Source: Candidatus Xenobia bacterium
GTDB taxonomy: Bacteria > Vulcanimicrobiota > Xenobia > Xenobiales > QWHO01
Length of the DNA stretch: 64,000 bases
Direction of reading: 5' to 3'
Assembly: GCA_045863235.1 (NCBI GenBank)
Contig: BTUM01000001.1
Coordinates: 192,001-256,000 of the forward strand
In this document: piece by piece, positions 63,901-64,000 of the stretch
Numbering within the stretch: the stretch's first letter is position 1
Layout of the letters: every line of letters begins with the position of its first letter
Position numbers and translations under genes: made by a program
The notes under the pieces: generated by a model
Seen by the model: the letters and a program-made list of their open reading frames with translations, nothing else
Database searches by the model: none
What the model was told of the DNA's origin: nothing

Positions 63901-64000
63901 CCGGGTGGTGGCCACGATCTGGAACGAGTCCGGCAAGGCGCCCTGGAACTGAAAGAAACCGTCGTCATCCACTGTCACCTCTGGCGTCTCGAGGACGGCT
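60964..64000 (-). CDS. Large (>1000 aa) multidomain protein, 5' end beyond window
   Basis: Open frame to window edge; helical region, DUF1566/Lcl-like segment, Ig-like beta-rich C-terminus. Confidence 0.75.
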   Translation of the reverse strand, partial: AVLETPEVTVDDDGFFQFQGALPDSFQIVATTRTSSGVTEIMRSQVVGWDGALVSTNPLTDLIAAYHDAHPDVDLVESARRVGSFLELPPSFNPHADVDWEGDEFSSLTYRQFVRAHGGFSSVSGTPGEGVTDFVAFIDEGMTLNLAGDGPGDGPQARAGITPRTTAESIQAEKEIAEILKTSKDNLVISKEIRTEARGINKTLTSHTAILNEIDAHAKVLRFEGAEGQKYLKELRAWDCKAWVFNAFDILAGAAAIYSLAASLYTHTGDHIHTILKDVEALVKQQQLESRLAGGSLTLQQYGNRIDSIQAALKTLRQGGKVEGVFGDQVTLRTMHKDYFDILVGVSGDGVLTTYYKLLNGDETVYSWPIQESLNAFAEFHALRLFNLGDVLLELATADTTQPVQVQLVALLDEMDAQLNEIDAMIPELPGPNLVYDKSQNLLYYTQVQGPMTFDQATSFATNFRYSGVYAWRLARIKDLKATFGSLDRRDWQSRHNFDFEGGYVATEDDDNTVVAGEPTRLARYYAFFPVSYKSNFDNRTRTYSPGEFPGAYDSRDRANKWKVSGRSEPFMLVAEVPKNFVPSVQLLARKSGGSMQILPNNADKASGLSGVKAVALVGQQYVDVSHLVRWNSSTELVGVSHSRRTAMQGNPGQSEPLLRSGTILRRSTGQGQPTPKLGATLRPTLIHPDGATLTADFTPGDKASKVSLDWLWADSEPHVSGLQIYPRRIVVKKSQGTSLFVQVARRHRISMRAKGGDPAVSTDANFEDLNVDVPARNAAETIPLANASASDDVRWFPSDNAIRVVPLGNGEFSVTATSLLSGGATQGTLTAVITTNLDGVQMVYRDTIDVVLDASVTDPPIAGGGPPAPPRATLPKFLNGVDIQILRPYGGKIYGPGPANARQTARLELELCAVHVNSFNLSGSRRPPLFSYHNLALDPAAQPFITWKLSPVNDVARQDTSVSISRTGVVTAESDPPGGQVAIFEVQASYSDGQSGGLVTTKITHLPLPK

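Overview
GC-rich bacterial DNA in three parts. (1) 1-15060: right end of a prophage, running off the left edge. It has a leftward early/replication operon (DinG-like helicase, MazG-like, SSB-like, DUF5131, Xis), two paralogous Cro/CI-like divergent switches, HicAB, ImmA, lower-GC cargo genes and a tyrosine integrase ending at a tRNA-Phe 3' fragment. (2) 15015-23304: an ~8.2 kb capsid-less phage satellite (PICI-like) bounded by a perfect 77-bp direct repeat (tRNA-Phe 3' half plus terminator). It carries an integrase, a regulator pair, Xis, a primase-helicase, a lambda-O-like initiator with iterons, a candidate packaging site and a three-gene HEPN cargo operon. (3) 23305-64000: host genes. These include a DUF692/MNIO RiPP-like locus with a CPACGM precursor, an ABC/RND exporter, USP/CBS/cytochrome c genes, a PilB/GspE ATPase with pilin-like genes, a SARP-type regulator with a repeat box upstream of MAPEG-mddA, proS, kynA, an S8 peptidase and tricorn protease. 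Many host genes look leaderless, and two unrelated proteins share a C-terminal V-x-[LV]-GGV-x-V-basic motif. The host may be Candidatus Eremiobacterota, but this is my recollection of that motif, not a verified assignment. All family calls come from motif recognition by eye; no database search was run.
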